This document shows, piece by piece, positions 1 through 9,642 of a stretch of DNA of 64,000 nucleotides. Numbering within the stretch: position 1 is the stretch's first letter; each line of letters opens with the position of its first letter. Under the pieces are notes generated by a model, which saw nothing but the letters and a program-made list of their open reading frames with translations, ran no database searches and was not told the DNA's origin. The stretch comes from Deltaproteobacteria bacterium (lineage in GTDB: Bacteria; Myxococcota_A; Polyangia; HGW-17): positions 107,422-171,421 of the forward strand of contig JAFGWM010000032.1 in the NCBI GenBank assembly GCA_016937155.1, given 5' to 3'. A program made the position numbers and the translations under genes.

Positions 1-1488
1 AGTATAAAGGATAATTTCGGGGTTGCTATTTCCAAATGGAGCCAGAAGTTCCATCTGATCCAGAAATTCCGGCGTAATTTCAATAAATGATGCCTCTGTA
101 TCAACTTTTAATAAAATATCCTTATCAGTATCAGTGGGCTTCAGAATTCTATCCATTTCTGTTGCAAAAGAGCCGATTTTACTTCTCTTTATTTCTATTC
201 CAGCAGCACCCTCATGACCCCCAAAGGAGATGAGCAGATCCTTTAGCTGATCAAGGGCGGCATAGATATTTGCACCACCATAACTTCTGACACTGCCCCG
301 ACCGGTATCACCATTGATAAGAGCAACTGCAGCAGCAGGTCTTTTGAATTGTTCAGCTAGTTTGGCTGCCACTATACCGACTATCCCGGGATGCCAGTCT
401 TCTCCACTGACAACAACCGGCCATCGATAGTCCAGGGAGGCAGTAGCCTGCATTGTGGCTTCTCTGAGCATTTTTTCCTGAAGTTTCTGACGGGAAACAT
501 TTATTTCTTCAAGTCGTTTGGCAATCTTCAGTGCCTTTGAATAATTGTGGGTGGTCAGCAACTCAAAGCTTATATGAGCATCTCCCATTCTTCCAGGTGC
601 ATTAAGTTTTGGGACAAGCTTAAAAATGATGCTTTTTTCACTAATCTTTTCGAGAAAGTCGATCCCACTTGCATCAGCTAATGCTTTTATAGCAGGATTC
701 ATTTTATTTCGGATGAGATTCAATCCAAATGAAGTCAGTTTTCTGTTTATTCCGTTAAGAGGAGCTACATCGGCAAGAGTTCCAAGGGATACTATATCAA
801 GATATTTTTTTACATCGGGTAATTCATGTTCACTGAAATACCCGTCAGTAAGAAGTTTACTTCTCAATGCTGCAACGAGATAAAAAGAAAGCCCCACACT
901 TGCCATGGATGTATATGAGAAATCACTGTCATGCCTCAAAGGATTTACAATTGCCACAGCCCTAGGGTAGGGAGGCGTGAGATGATGATGATCAACAATT
1001 ACTACATCAACTGAATTTTTAACTGCATGATCAATGGCTTCATAATCAGTGGAACCGACATCAATTGCTATAATAAAAGTGACTCCATTACTCAGAAATT
1101 CATCCACGTCTTTGATGGTTAGACCGTAGCCTCTTTCACGTCTTGAAATAATTGTGTGATCAGGAATACGCAGTGCCTTAAAAAATTTATGCCAGATAGA
1201 TGCACTCCCTATCCCATCGACATCATAATCCCCAAAGATACCAATTGTCCGGCCTGATACTATTTCCCCGATAATTCTCTCCATTGCAATGTCCAGATCA
1301 GGAAGTTTGTCAGGAAGTGCAATATTTTTTAAACGTGGCTGAAGAAAGTCAAGAAGAGTATCATCAGCAAGATAGCCTCTGACAGCAAGAATTCTTGCAA
1401 CAGTTGGATTGATTCCCAGTTTGTGTTCTATATCAAAAGCTGCTTCAGGGGTGGGTTCCAGTAATACTGTAGGTTTGGGGGAGATCAC
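1..1488 (-). CDS. recJ: Single-stranded-DNA-specific exonuclease RecJ. N-terminus at a GTG at 1488; C-terminus truncated by the window start.
   Basis: Reverse-strand translation reads ...LAVRGYLADDTLLDFLQPRLKNIALPDKLPDLDIAMERIIGEIVSGRTIGIFGDYDVDGIGS... and further downstream ...DLLISFGGHEGAAG... (DHH and DHHA1 GGH motifs). The frame stays open to position 1. Not in the ORF track because there is no stop inside the window. Synteny secDF-recJ as in Bacillus. Confidence 0.8.
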   Translation of the reverse strand, partial: MISPKPTVLLEPTPEAAFDIEHKLGINPTVARILAVRGYLADDTLLDFLQPRLKNIALPDKLPDLDIAMERIIGEIVSGRTIGIFGDYDVDGIGSASIWHKFFKALRIPDHTIISRRERGYGLTIKDVDEFLSNGVTFIIAIDVGSTDYEAIDHAVKNSVDVVIVDHHHLTPPYPRAVAIVNPLRHDSDFSYTSMASVGLSFYLVAALRSKLLTDGYFSEHELPDVKKYLDIVSLGTLADVAPLNGINRKLTSFGLNLIRNKMNPAIKALADASGIDFLEKISEKSIIFKLVPKLNAPGRMGDAHISFELLTTHNYSKALKIAKRLEEINVSRQKLQEKMLREATMQATASLDYRWPVVVSGEDWHPGIVGIVAAKLAEQFKRPAAAVALINGDTGRGSVRSYGGANIYAALDQLKDLLISFGGHEGAAGIEIKRSKIGSFATEMDRILKPTDTDKDILLKVDTEASFIEITPEFLDQMELLAPFGNSNPEIILYT

Positions 1489-1516
1489 TTTTCACGACAT
1501 AATCTGGGGATATTTA

Positions 1517-2947
1517 TTAGCGTTTACCGCCACGTCCGCCTTTGGGTTTACGCTTCATACGTTTTGCTTTGCGAACGGCCTGAGATTTCTGCTCTTCTTC
1601 AGTGAGCTCTTTTTCAGGTTTTTCATCATTATCGTCCTCATCCTCATCCTCATCGATAAGATAATCGTCAGGATCTTCTTCTTTTTTGCGTTCTCCAAGT
1701 CTTTCTGCAATTTCTTCAAAGGTGGCATTGAACCATAAAACCATGGGACTTGCGACCCAGATACTTGAGTATGTTCCTACAACGATGCCGATGATCATTG
1801 CGAAGGCAAAATCTCTCAATACACCAGTGGCCATAATTGCGATGGCAAGAACACTGAACAAAGTGGTTATTGAGGTAAGTGTAGTTCTTGAAAGTGTCTC
1901 GTTCAGGGAGATATTAATAACTTTCTCAAGATTTTTACTTCGTAGTTTAATAATATTTTCTCTGATACGGTCATAAACAACAATAGTATCATTAAGAGAA
2001 TAACCAACAATTGTAAGCAGAGCAGCAAGAATCGGGAGAGAAAACTCCATATAGAAGAGCGCAAAAATTCCAACTGTTATTGAAACGTCGTGAACAAGAG
2101 CAATAATAGCACCCGGAGCAAATTTAATATCAAATCTGATTACGATATAAAGAAGGATAAACCCGATTGCATAGAGGAGTGAAAGAATACCGTTTACACG
2201 AAGTCTTTTACCAACCTGAGGTCCACGACTTTCCACACTCAGAATATTTACAGGCTGTTTCATCTTTCCCGTTAATTCAGCCCCAAGTTTCTCTGAGATT
2301 GATTTGAGCGTAATGGTGTATTCATTTTTAAGGGGTGAAACGCCAGTTGTCTCAGCATAGTCCAGAAGATGTGAATGCTCTTTTTCCCAGACAGCTTTTT
2401 CTCCCTTTTTCAATTTAGATGAGTATTCAACGGATTCCTGACTGAGAGTAACATCAGGAAGTTTCGCATCAATTCCCAGTTGAGTGAAAATTGTAGAAAA
2501 ATCTTTTAAATCGACAGGTTTGAAAAAACGAACCTTTACACTGTCGCCACTTTCGGAAAATCGGACTCTGAAAAGATTTGTATTGTATTTGGCTTTGAAA
2601 CCGTTTTCTATGGCAATCTTCTTTTCATCGCTGATGGAGGAAAAACTTCTCATTCTGATGTAGTATTTCTTATTGCTTCCGAATTTAATTACATCAAAAT
2701 CCTTGTATCCCAGTGATTCCATAGCTTTTTTAACAGACTCACGGCTGGAAGATTTTTCAAGTTCCAACTGAATCTGTGTTCCACCAAGAAAATCAATACC
2801 CCAGTTGAGAATACTACCTCTTCCTGGAACAAAAAGATTACCGATTAAAATAAGAACAGTAATTCCTATAAGAGAGAATGAGATGAAGGCAGCCTTCTTT
2901 CGCATACCCATAAAGTCATACTTTGCATTTGCAAAAAAACGTATCAT
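1517..2947 (-). CDS. secF: Protein translocase subunit SecF, long form (476 aa) with an extended periplasmic domain and a charged C-terminal tail.
   Basis: SecF membrane core (..ALVHDVSITVGIFALF.., ..LNDTIVVYDRIREN..). Sits immediately downstream of secD on the same strand. C-terminal EDPDDYLIDEDEDEDDNDEKPEKE...KRMKRKPKGGRGGKR tail. Confidence 0.9.
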   Translation of the reverse strand: MIRFFANAKYDFMGMRKKAAFISFSLIGITVLILIGNLFVPGRGSILNWGIDFLGGTQIQLELEKSSSRESVKKAMESLGYKDFDVIKFGSNKKYYIRMRSFSSISDEKKIAIENGFKAKYNTNLFRVRFSESGDSVKVRFFKPVDLKDFSTIFTQLGIDAKLPDVTLSQESVEYSSKLKKGEKAVWEKEHSHLLDYAETTGVSPLKNEYTITLKSISEKLGAELTGKMKQPVNILSVESRGPQVGKRLRVNGILSLLYAIGFILLYIVIRFDIKFAPGAIIALVHDVSITVGIFALFYMEFSLPILAALLTIVGYSLNDTIVVYDRIRENIIKLRSKNLEKVINISLNETLSRTTLTSITTLFSVLAIAIMATGVLRDFAFAMIIGIVVGTYSSIWVASPMVLWFNATFEEIAERLGERKKEEDPDDYLIDEDEDEDDNDEKPEKELTEEEQKSQAVRKAKRMKRKPKGGRGGKR

Positions 2948-2960
2948 AATAGTACCCCGC

Positions 2961-4853
2961 CTAGATGCTCAGGTTTTCAATCTTCCGCTTGGAAGTAATG
3001 AAGTCATAAATAACTCTGGTAAAGAAAACACCAGTGAGGATAGAAGTAATAATTCCTATGATTAAAGTAACGGCAAAACCTTTGATAGGACCGGTACCAA
3101 ATTCATAGAGTACAACACCGGCAATAGCAGTGGTTATCTGAGAATCCATAATGGTCCAGAATGCTCTGCCGTAACCACTGTCGATGGCTGCTCTGGGATT
3201 TTTACCCGCAAGCAGTTCCTCTCTAATTCGTTCGTAGATAATAACGTTGGCATCAACTGCCATACCAAGAGTCAATACAATTCCCGCAATACCGGGAAGA
3301 GTAAGTCTGGCTTCAAATCCTGCCATGATTGCCATTATAAGAAGAACATTCAGAACCAAAGCACTGACTGCAATCACACCACTCCATCTGTAATAGAAAA
3401 TCATGAACATGACAACAAAGATTGCACCAATAACCATAGCCCAGGCACCTCTGCGGATTGCTTCCTTACCAAGACTTGGTCCAACATTGAGTTCCATTTC
3501 CTTGGTTAGAGGAGCAGGAAGTGAACCACTTCTGAGAACATCAATGAGATCGTTTACCTGCCTCAGACGATCATTGGCACCACCAAATCCGCCAACAGTA
3601 ATCTGAACATTTTCAAAGATTTTATCCTGAATAAGAGGAGCGGATTCCACCCAGTCATCAAGTTTAATAGCCATTTTCCAGCCGATGTGGGAACCCGTGA
3701 GTTCAGCAAAATATTTACCACCGGTTCTGTTGAAAGTAGCATTTACTACTGCCTGATTCTCCTGATTGTAACCGATCTGTGCGTTAATGATGTATTCACC
3801 GGTTACTTTTGTGTTTTTTTCAAGAACCATTGCTTTAAGAATGCGCTGTGATGTACGTGTACCCATTCTTGTGGTTTTAAAGTCACGTTCGTATCCAATT
3901 TCCCTTAACTTAGGCATCTGGATTCCAGCTTTTACCAGCTCTTTTCTGAACAGGCTGTCAAGTTTTTTTCTTGCCTTGATGAATTCCTGCTGCTGATCAG
4001 TGGGAAGAGATCTCGTTGGAACGTCAGCTATCAGGTAAATGACCTTGTGATCTTCACCTGATTTCCTGGCTTTGAACCGATCTTCTTCAATTCTGATACC
4101 CTTATAAGGTCCTTTTTTAACAGTGTTGGCTTTTCCAAAACCATACTTGTCACGAAGATATTTTCCGGCTTCATGCATATATTTTGTCTTGGAATCAACA
4201 ACTTTGAACTCAAGATGAGCACTTCTGGTTATGATTCTTTTTATTCTGTCCTGACTTTTCTTATCGAGTCCGGGAAGCTCAACAACAATCATGTCATCTT
4301 TGCGATAAATTTCCGGTGAAGCCACACCGAATTCATCCACACGATCTCTAATTGTTTCAACAGCTCTTGCAAGTGCTTTACTCTCAAGATCTCTTGAGTA
4401 TTTCCCATCCATATTGAAAAATACTGTGTTTCCCTTTGTTCCGGTTTTAATAAGTCTCGGATCTCGAGGATCTGTGTATCCATCAACAGCTTTATCGAGT
4501 TTTTTGCTATCAATTGATTTTTTGAAAGTGAGTTCAATCCGTGAACCTCTTACATTGATATCAAAATACTCTGATTTTGCCTTGTTTTTTTCACCATAGG
4601 CTTCCTGAAGCCTTACCTTGATATCCTCAGCAAAGTTATCAAGCTGGTTTTCTATGATAATGTCGGTGTCAATGGCATATTCCAAGTGAACACCACCAGC
4701 AAGATCAAGACCTTGAAGGACTTTTTTGGTGAAAGTCTTGTTGATAAATCCTGGCAGTTTTTTCTCACTTACAAAAGTTGGCAGAAGATAAACTGCCGAA
4801 AAAACTGCTACGAAAAGAAAGAAAAATGCTCTCCAAAACCACTTGCGTTCCAT
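2961..4853 (-). CDS. secD: Protein translocase subunit SecD (630 aa).
   Basis: SecD/SecF family 12-TM transporter signature (..GPSLGKEAIRRG.., ..LDANVIIYERIREE..). Gene order yajC-secD-secF. Confidence 0.9.
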   Translation of the reverse strand: MERKWFWRAFFFLFVAVFSAVYLLPTFVSEKKLPGFINKTFTKKVLQGLDLAGGVHLEYAIDTDIIIENQLDNFAEDIKVRLQEAYGEKNKAKSEYFDINVRGSRIELTFKKSIDSKKLDKAVDGYTDPRDPRLIKTGTKGNTVFFNMDGKYSRDLESKALARAVETIRDRVDEFGVASPEIYRKDDMIVVELPGLDKKSQDRIKRIITRSAHLEFKVVDSKTKYMHEAGKYLRDKYGFGKANTVKKGPYKGIRIEEDRFKARKSGEDHKVIYLIADVPTRSLPTDQQQEFIKARKKLDSLFRKELVKAGIQMPKLREIGYERDFKTTRMGTRTSQRILKAMVLEKNTKVTGEYIINAQIGYNQENQAVVNATFNRTGGKYFAELTGSHIGWKMAIKLDDWVESAPLIQDKIFENVQITVGGFGGANDRLRQVNDLIDVLRSGSLPAPLTKEMELNVGPSLGKEAIRRGAWAMVIGAIFVVMFMIFYYRWSGVIAVSALVLNVLLIMAIMAGFEARLTLPGIAGIVLTLGMAVDANVIIYERIREELLAGKNPRAAIDSGYGRAFWTIMDSQITTAIAGVVLYEFGTGPIKGFAVTLIIGIITSILTGVFFTRVIYDFITSKRKIENLSI

Positions 4854-4868
4854 GGTTCTAAACCCCGT

Positions 4869-5360
4869 TTATTCCTTTTTTCTGCCGCTGTCAGTGTTGC
4901 TGTCAGCACCTTTATTGTCCATCTGTTTACCCTGAATATAATGTCTCAGGACTTTAATTTTTGTTTTATCCCCTACTTCCAGGGTTACAATCCGGTCATT
5001 AATGGAAACGATTGTTCCAAGAATTCCACCGCTGGTTACTACCTTATCGCCCTTCATTAATGCGTTCAAAAGTCCCTGATGCTCTTTTTGTTTTTTCTGC
5101 TGAGGACGGATAAGGAAAAAATAAAACACAACCATCATCACAGCCAGAAGTCCGAAACTCATAAATGGATTGTCGCCTCCGCATCCACCCTGAGAGTTGC
5201 CTTTATTTTTCTGAGGAACGCCCATCGAAGTCTCAGTCTGTTTGTTCTCGGTTTGTGAATTTGAAACCGCCTGAGGTGGTTGAGCAACAGGAGTATTCAG
5301 TTGCTTTCCGCCGCTAACCTGCGGACCATCAGGGGTTTGAAACGGTATTCTAATACTCAC
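4869..5360 (-). CDS. yajC: Preprotein translocase subunit YajC with a roughly 65-aa Q/P/S/T/N-rich N-terminal extension (GTG start). The alternative conventional start is Met67, at position 5162.
   Basis: YajC core MSFGLLAVMMVVFYFFLIRPQQKK...GILGTIVSINDRIVTLEVGDKTKIKV. GGAGG sits 6 nt upstream of the GTG at 5360, which supports the long form. Confidence 0.8.
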   Translation of the reverse strand: MSIRIPFQTPDGPQVSGGKQLNTPVAQPPQAVSNSQTENKQTETSMGVPQKNKGNSQGGCGGDNPFMSFGLLAVMMVVFYFFLIRPQQKKQKEHQGLLNALMKGDKVVTSGGILGTIVSINDRIVTLEVGDKTKIKVLRHYIQGKQMDNKGADSNTDSGRKKE

Positions 5361-5553
5361 AGATTACCTCCTAAAGACAAAATGCCTCCATAAATGCCAG
5401 CCAAAAAATTGAGGCAGGTCAGCTTGGTGTATCAGAGAAGAGTAAAGAGGTCAACATTGAATCAACCAATGTGAATAACACTCTCGATTTTGTTTGCAAA
5501 CATAAAAAGTAATTTTTAAAAAGCAATATAAAAAATAACTTTTTTCATTGGAG

Positions 5554-5581
5554 TTGACTTTGTTTCAGGGTTTTTTATATT
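5554..5581 (+). promoter_or_regulatory. Candidate sigma70-type promoter for the dnaG-rpoD operon (TTGACT-16-TATATT).
   Basis: TTGACT at 5554-5559, a 16-nt spacer, then TATATT at 5576-5581, about 70 bp upstream of the dnaG start. Intergenic region between divergent yajC and dnaG. Confidence 0.35.
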
Positions 5582-5650
5582 TCCTTCCTTTAATTCAGTA
5601 TGTATTCGTCAGAAAATTTGATTTTACAGAACCTGGAAACATAATACTAC

Positions 5651-7504
5651 GTGAATGGTACAGATACTGAGTATTACAACTTCACTGGAAATATATTCAT
5701 CGGAGACATAATATTGCTTTACAGCACACAGAACCTGCATGAGATTCGACAGGCAATTAATATTGCTGATTATGTGGGGAGGATTGTTCCTCTTAGACCA
5801 TCTGGTGTGCAGCTTAAGGGCAGATGTCCCTTTCATGATGAAAAAACCCCCAGTTTTTATGTTCATCCAGACAAAAAATTCTATATCTGCTATGGCTGTG
5901 GGGCAAAAGGAGATCTTTTTGATTTTGTCATGAGGTATGATGGAATTAGTTTTGGCGATGCAGTTCGTAAACTCGCACTTGAAGCTGGAATTACTCTTGA
6001 AACTGCAGAACCGGAAAAAGAAGAAGGTCTCCGGAAAGAACAGGAATACAAAAAACATCTTTTCCATATCAACAGCTTTGTTACCGATTTTTTTGCCCAT
6101 AAACTTGAAATACCCGCTGGTGCAATTGCAAGAAATTATCTTGAATCCAGAAAAATAACCATGGAAACAGCAAGAAGATTCAGAATCGGTTATGCCATGG
6201 ATTCATGGGATTCTCTGACAATTGAGTTATCCTCTAGGGGAATGATTAAAGGTGCTTTGGAACTGGGATTGATAAAACCCGGAACTTCAGGTAACTATTA
6301 CGACTTTTTTCGACACAGACTTATGTTTCCAGTTTTGGATACCAGTGGGAGAGTTTGTGGATTTTCAGGCAGAATACTTGATTCAGAAAGAAAAGAGGGG
6401 AAATATGTAAATTCTCCTGAATCATCTGTATTTCTGAAAAGAAAAAGTTTATTTGGAATAAATCTGGCGAGGCCTGCAATTTTAAGAGAAAAATCAGTTC
6501 CGGTTCTGGTGGAAGGAAATCTTGATGTGGTCTCCTGTCATCAGGCTGGAATTAGTTCTGCAATTGCACCTCTGGGAACTGCTTTCACAGATGAACAGCT
6601 CGCTTTGATACGACGTTTTTCCAAGGAACTTCATATAATGTTTGATGGTGACATCGCTGGAAAATCTGCTGCGCTGAAAACGATTCCTCTTCTTGTATCC
6701 AGAGAAATGTCTGGACATACAGTTCTTCTTCCTGAAAAAGAGGATCCAGACAGTATAATACGGAACCATGGCAGAGATTATCTGGTTGATATTATCTCCA
6801 AAGCTCGTCCTCATATTGAAACTTATCTTGACATTACTCTCCCCGGGAGAGAAAAACCGGTTTCTGAAAGGGTAGCATCTTTAAACAATCTTGAACCATT
6901 ATGGAAAATACTCCCTGAGAACCTCAGAGATGTATACGTGGAGCATATTTCTATACTTCTTGATGTGGACATTAAAGCTGTAAAATCCTACCTTAAAAGA
7001 ATAAATGTTACCGGACCTGAAAAAAATATTATTCCAAAAACTGAAAAACTCGCTATTAAGACCCTGAACATGGAGGAGCGATCTGAGTTGACTGCGCTTA
7101 TGCATTTGTTTGCTCTGTATTTCAAGGATACAGAAAACAAACTTCCATCACTTGAAAAATCCGGTATGGAAGAAATGTTTGCAGGTAACCTTGCCAAGGA
7201 TCTTCTCAGAACTTTCATGGAGAACGGTCCCGGTATCGAAGCGGATATGGGTTCTTTTTTAGGTGACTACCTTATGGCGGAATTCAAATCTGCGAAGGAT
7301 TCTTTCAAAGACAATATTGATCTGGAAGGAGTTTTCGCTGAGATAATGAATAAAATAACAGTTTTATCACTGAGACATAGAATTAAATTACTGGATTTCC
7401 AGATTATGGATGCAAAAAAAGAGGGAGATAATAACAAGTTACATGGATTATTGAATGAAAAATTGAATTTAGAGCGACTCCGAATAAAACAGAATAACTC
7501 CTGA
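5651..7504 (+). CDS. dnaG: DNA primase DnaG (617 aa). Start codon uncertain; the true start may be an in-frame TTG near 5714.
   Basis: Zinc-ribbon CPFHDEKTPSFYVHPDKKFYICYGCGAKGD, a TOPRIM region (..VLVEGNLDVVS.., ..IMFDGDIAGKSA..) and a C-terminal helicase-interaction region. Followed directly by rpoD. Confidence 0.9.
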   Translation: MNGTDTEYYNFTGNIFIGDIILLYSTQNLHEIRQAINIADYVGRIVPLRPSGVQLKGRCPFHDEKTPSFYVHPDKKFYICYGCGAKGDLFDFVMRYDGISFGDAVRKLALEAGITLETAEPEKEEGLRKEQEYKKHLFHINSFVTDFFAHKLEIPAGAIARNYLESRKITMETARRFRIGYAMDSWDSLTIELSSRGMIKGALELGLIKPGTSGNYYDFFRHRLMFPVLDTSGRVCGFSGRILDSERKEGKYVNSPESSVFLKRKSLFGINLARPAILREKSVPVLVEGNLDVVSCHQAGISSAIAPLGTAFTDEQLALIRRFSKELHIMFDGDIAGKSAALKTIPLLVSREMSGHTVLLPEKEDPDSIIRNHGRDYLVDIISKARPHIETYLDITLPGREKPVSERVASLNNLEPLWKILPENLRDVYVEHISILLDVDIKAVKSYLKRINVTGPEKNIIPKTEKLAIKTLNMEERSELTALMHLFALYFKDTENKLPSLEKSGMEEMFAGNLAKDLLRTFMENGPGIEADMGSFLGDYLMAEFKSAKDSFKDNIDLEGVFAEIMNKITVLSLRHRIKLLDFQIMDAKKEGDNNKLHGLLNEKLNLERLRIKQNNS

Positions 7505-7517
7505 GAGGTAACGATAG

Positions 7518-9599
7518 ATGGCAGAAAAAAGTACAAAGAAGGTTCAGGAAAAATCCAGGGAACAGAAAAAAGAAACAAAGGCAGCTTCTTCCAAAAAGAA
7601 GACCTCAATTGAGAAAGCCTCAAAAAAGAAAGCTCCAACTTCTGAAAAAGAAGAAAAAGTGGAGAAAATTGAAAAACCAAAAAAGGCTGTAAAAGAGGAA
7701 AAGAAAGCTGTTAAAGTAGTTGAGAAAAAACCCCGGCGTTCTTCCAAAACTGTAAAATCAGTATCAGAAACCGAAGAGAAACCTGCGAAAAAGGGAGTTA
7801 AAAAACAGACTCCAAAAACTAAAAAAGAGGAAGTTTCTCAGCATCCTGAACCGGTTTCAGATGATAGTGATGACTTTGAAAATGATGATTTCAATGATCA
7901 ACTCATAGTAAAGGAAGCTGCTACCCAACTTTTTATGAAGAGCAAGGAAAAGGGATTTGTGACATACAAGGAATTGAATGAGATAATTCCCGAAGATATT
8001 GAAGCAGATCAACTTGATGAAATATACTCAATCTTTTCCGATGCAGGTGTAAGCGTTGTTGAGAATGAGGAAGAAAAAATATTTAATGAATCCAAGGAAA
8101 CCGAAGAAGTCAATGTGGGACACAGCAATGATCCCGTAAGAATGTATCTGAGGAAAATGGGCGAAGTTGCTCTCCTGACAAGAGAAGGGGAAGTGGATAT
8201 CGCTAAACGGATAGAAGAAGGCGAAAATCAGGTTCTCGAGGTTGTACTGAACAGCCAACTTGCTGTTCAGGAGATAATTACCCTTGGGGAACTTCTTAAA
8301 AAATCAAAAATCAGAGTGAGAGAAGTTACCAGGCGCTTTGATGATGAAGCACCCGATGCTGATGAAAATGTTCAGAAGGATTCTATTGTACGTCTTATCG
8401 AGAAGGTTAAAAAACTCAAAAAAGATATAACCCGGCTTGAAACACAAAGCAGAGGCAGAAGTAAGATAGATTTTTCAATTAAAAACATTCTTAAGAGGCG
8501 TAATCTTACTCAACTGGAAAAATCTCAACAGGAACTTTTCCAGACTCTTTGTGAACTTAAACTGACAAAAAAGCAGATTCAGACCATTGTTCAAAGGATG
8601 AAAACTTTTCTGAATCAGATTCAGGAATCTGAAAAATGCATCACTGATATGGAAAAACTTACCAGTCTTGATGTTAAGCAGATTAAATCTCTTGCCAAAT
8701 CTGCAAAAGGTCATGAAACGAAAACCCATAGATTCAGTTCTGAAAAAATTCAGGAATTTGAGCGTCGCATTCGTGAGATGCAGAAAACAATAAACAAGGT
8801 AGAAAAAGAAGCTGAATTAAGCTCAATGGAACTTCGGGATACCTACCACAAGATTAAGGCCGGAGAAATTCAGGCTGAAAATGCAAAAAGTGAACTTGTC
8901 GAGGCAAATTTAAGACTTGTTGTAAGTATCGCAAAAAAATATACAAACAGGGGTTTGCAGTTTCTTGATTTAATTCAGGAAGGCAATATCGGTCTTATGA
9001 AGGCGGTTGATAAATTTGAATATACCCGCGGTTACAAATTTTCAACCTACGCCACCTGGTGGATCAGGCAGGCAATAACCAGATCAATTGCTGATCAGGC
9101 ACGTACTATTCGTATTCCTGTTCATATGATAGAAACAATTAATAAATTGAACAGAGTTTCCAGATTACTAGTTCAGGAACTGGGGAGAGAGCCTACTCCG
9201 GAGGAAATCGCCGACAGAATGGAAATTCCTGCAGATAAGGTTCTGAAGGTTCTTAAAATAGCAAAGGAACCCATCAGTCTCGAATCACCAGTTGGAGATG
9301 AAGAAGACAGTCATCTTGGTGATTTTCTTGAGGATAAGAGTGTTATAGCTCCTCAGGATGCAGTAATTGCCAGAAGTTTGGAAGAACAAACAAGAAGAGT
9401 TCTGTCAACATTAAGTCCAAGAGAAGAAAAGGTACTCAGGATGCGTTTTGGCATTGGAGCCAGAAGCGATCATACTCTTGAAGAAGTAGGGCAGGATTTT
9501 TCTGTTACAAGAGAGCGAATTCGTCAGATTGAAGCTAAAGCTCTCCGAAAACTCAGACATCCTTCAAGAGCAAAAGTTCTTAAGGGATTTAGCGAATAG
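7518..9599 (+). CDS. rpoD: Primary sigma-70 factor RpoD (693 aa) with a roughly 110-aa lysine-rich, histone-H1-like N-terminal extension.
   Basis: Region 1.2, 2, 3 and 4 signatures: [61 protein letters not shown] and a C-terminal HTH ..[28 protein letters not shown]. The N-terminus is a run of K-rich repeats (KKxxK). Confidence 0.95.
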   Translation: MAEKSTKKVQEKSREQKKETKAASSKKKTSIEKASKKKAPTSEKEEKVEKIEKPKKAVKEEKKAVKVVEKKPRRSSKTVKSVSETEEKPAKKGVKKQTPKTKKEEVSQHPEPVSDDSDDFENDDFNDQLIVKEAATQLFMKSKEKGFVTYKELNEIIPEDIEADQLDEIYSIFSDAGVSVVENEEEKIFNESKETEEVNVGHSNDPVRMYLRKMGEVALLTREGEVDIAKRIEEGENQVLEVVLNSQLAVQEIITLGELLKKSKIRVREVTRRFDDEAPDADENVQKDSIVRLIEKVKKLKKDITRLETQSRGRSKIDFSIKNILKRRNLTQLEKSQQELFQTLCELKLTKKQIQTIVQRMKTFLNQIQESEKCITDMEKLTSLDVKQIKSLAKSAKGHETKTHRFSSEKIQEFERRIREMQKTINKVEKEAELSSMELRDTYHKIKAGEIQAENAKSELVEANLRLVVSIAKKYTNRGLQFLDLIQEGNIGLMKAVDKFEYTRGYKFSTYATWWIRQAITRSIADQARTIRIPVHMIETINKLNRVSRLLVQELGREPTPEEIADRMEIPADKVLKVLKIAKEPISLESPVGDEEDSHLGDFLEDKSVIAPQDAVIARSLEEQTRRVLSTLSPREEKVLRMRFGIGARSDHTLEEVGQDFSVTRERIRQIEAKALRKLRHPSRAKVLKGFSE

Positions 9600-9642
9600 T
9601 TCCATTTATATTACAAATCCACAAAAATGAGGAAGTTATCTT

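Noticed and set aside
626-883. 85-aa plus-strand ORF
   Set aside because: It lies entirely antisense to the recJ reading frame, which translates cleanly with DHH/DHHA1 motifs. It has no RBS and is an AT-rich antisense artefact.
1409-1976. Plus-strand ORFs 1409-1738 and 1686-1976
   Set aside because: They are antisense to the recJ start and the secF 3' end. They are hydrophobic, low-complexity translations typical of the reverse frame of membrane protein genes.
5361-5650. Possible small RNA or tRNA in the 290-bp yajC-dnaG intergenic region
   Set aside because: There is no cloverleaf-compatible sequence, only a 5-bp stem (GCCTC...GAGGC) with a 22-nt loop and no T-tract. I interpret this region as divergent promoters only.
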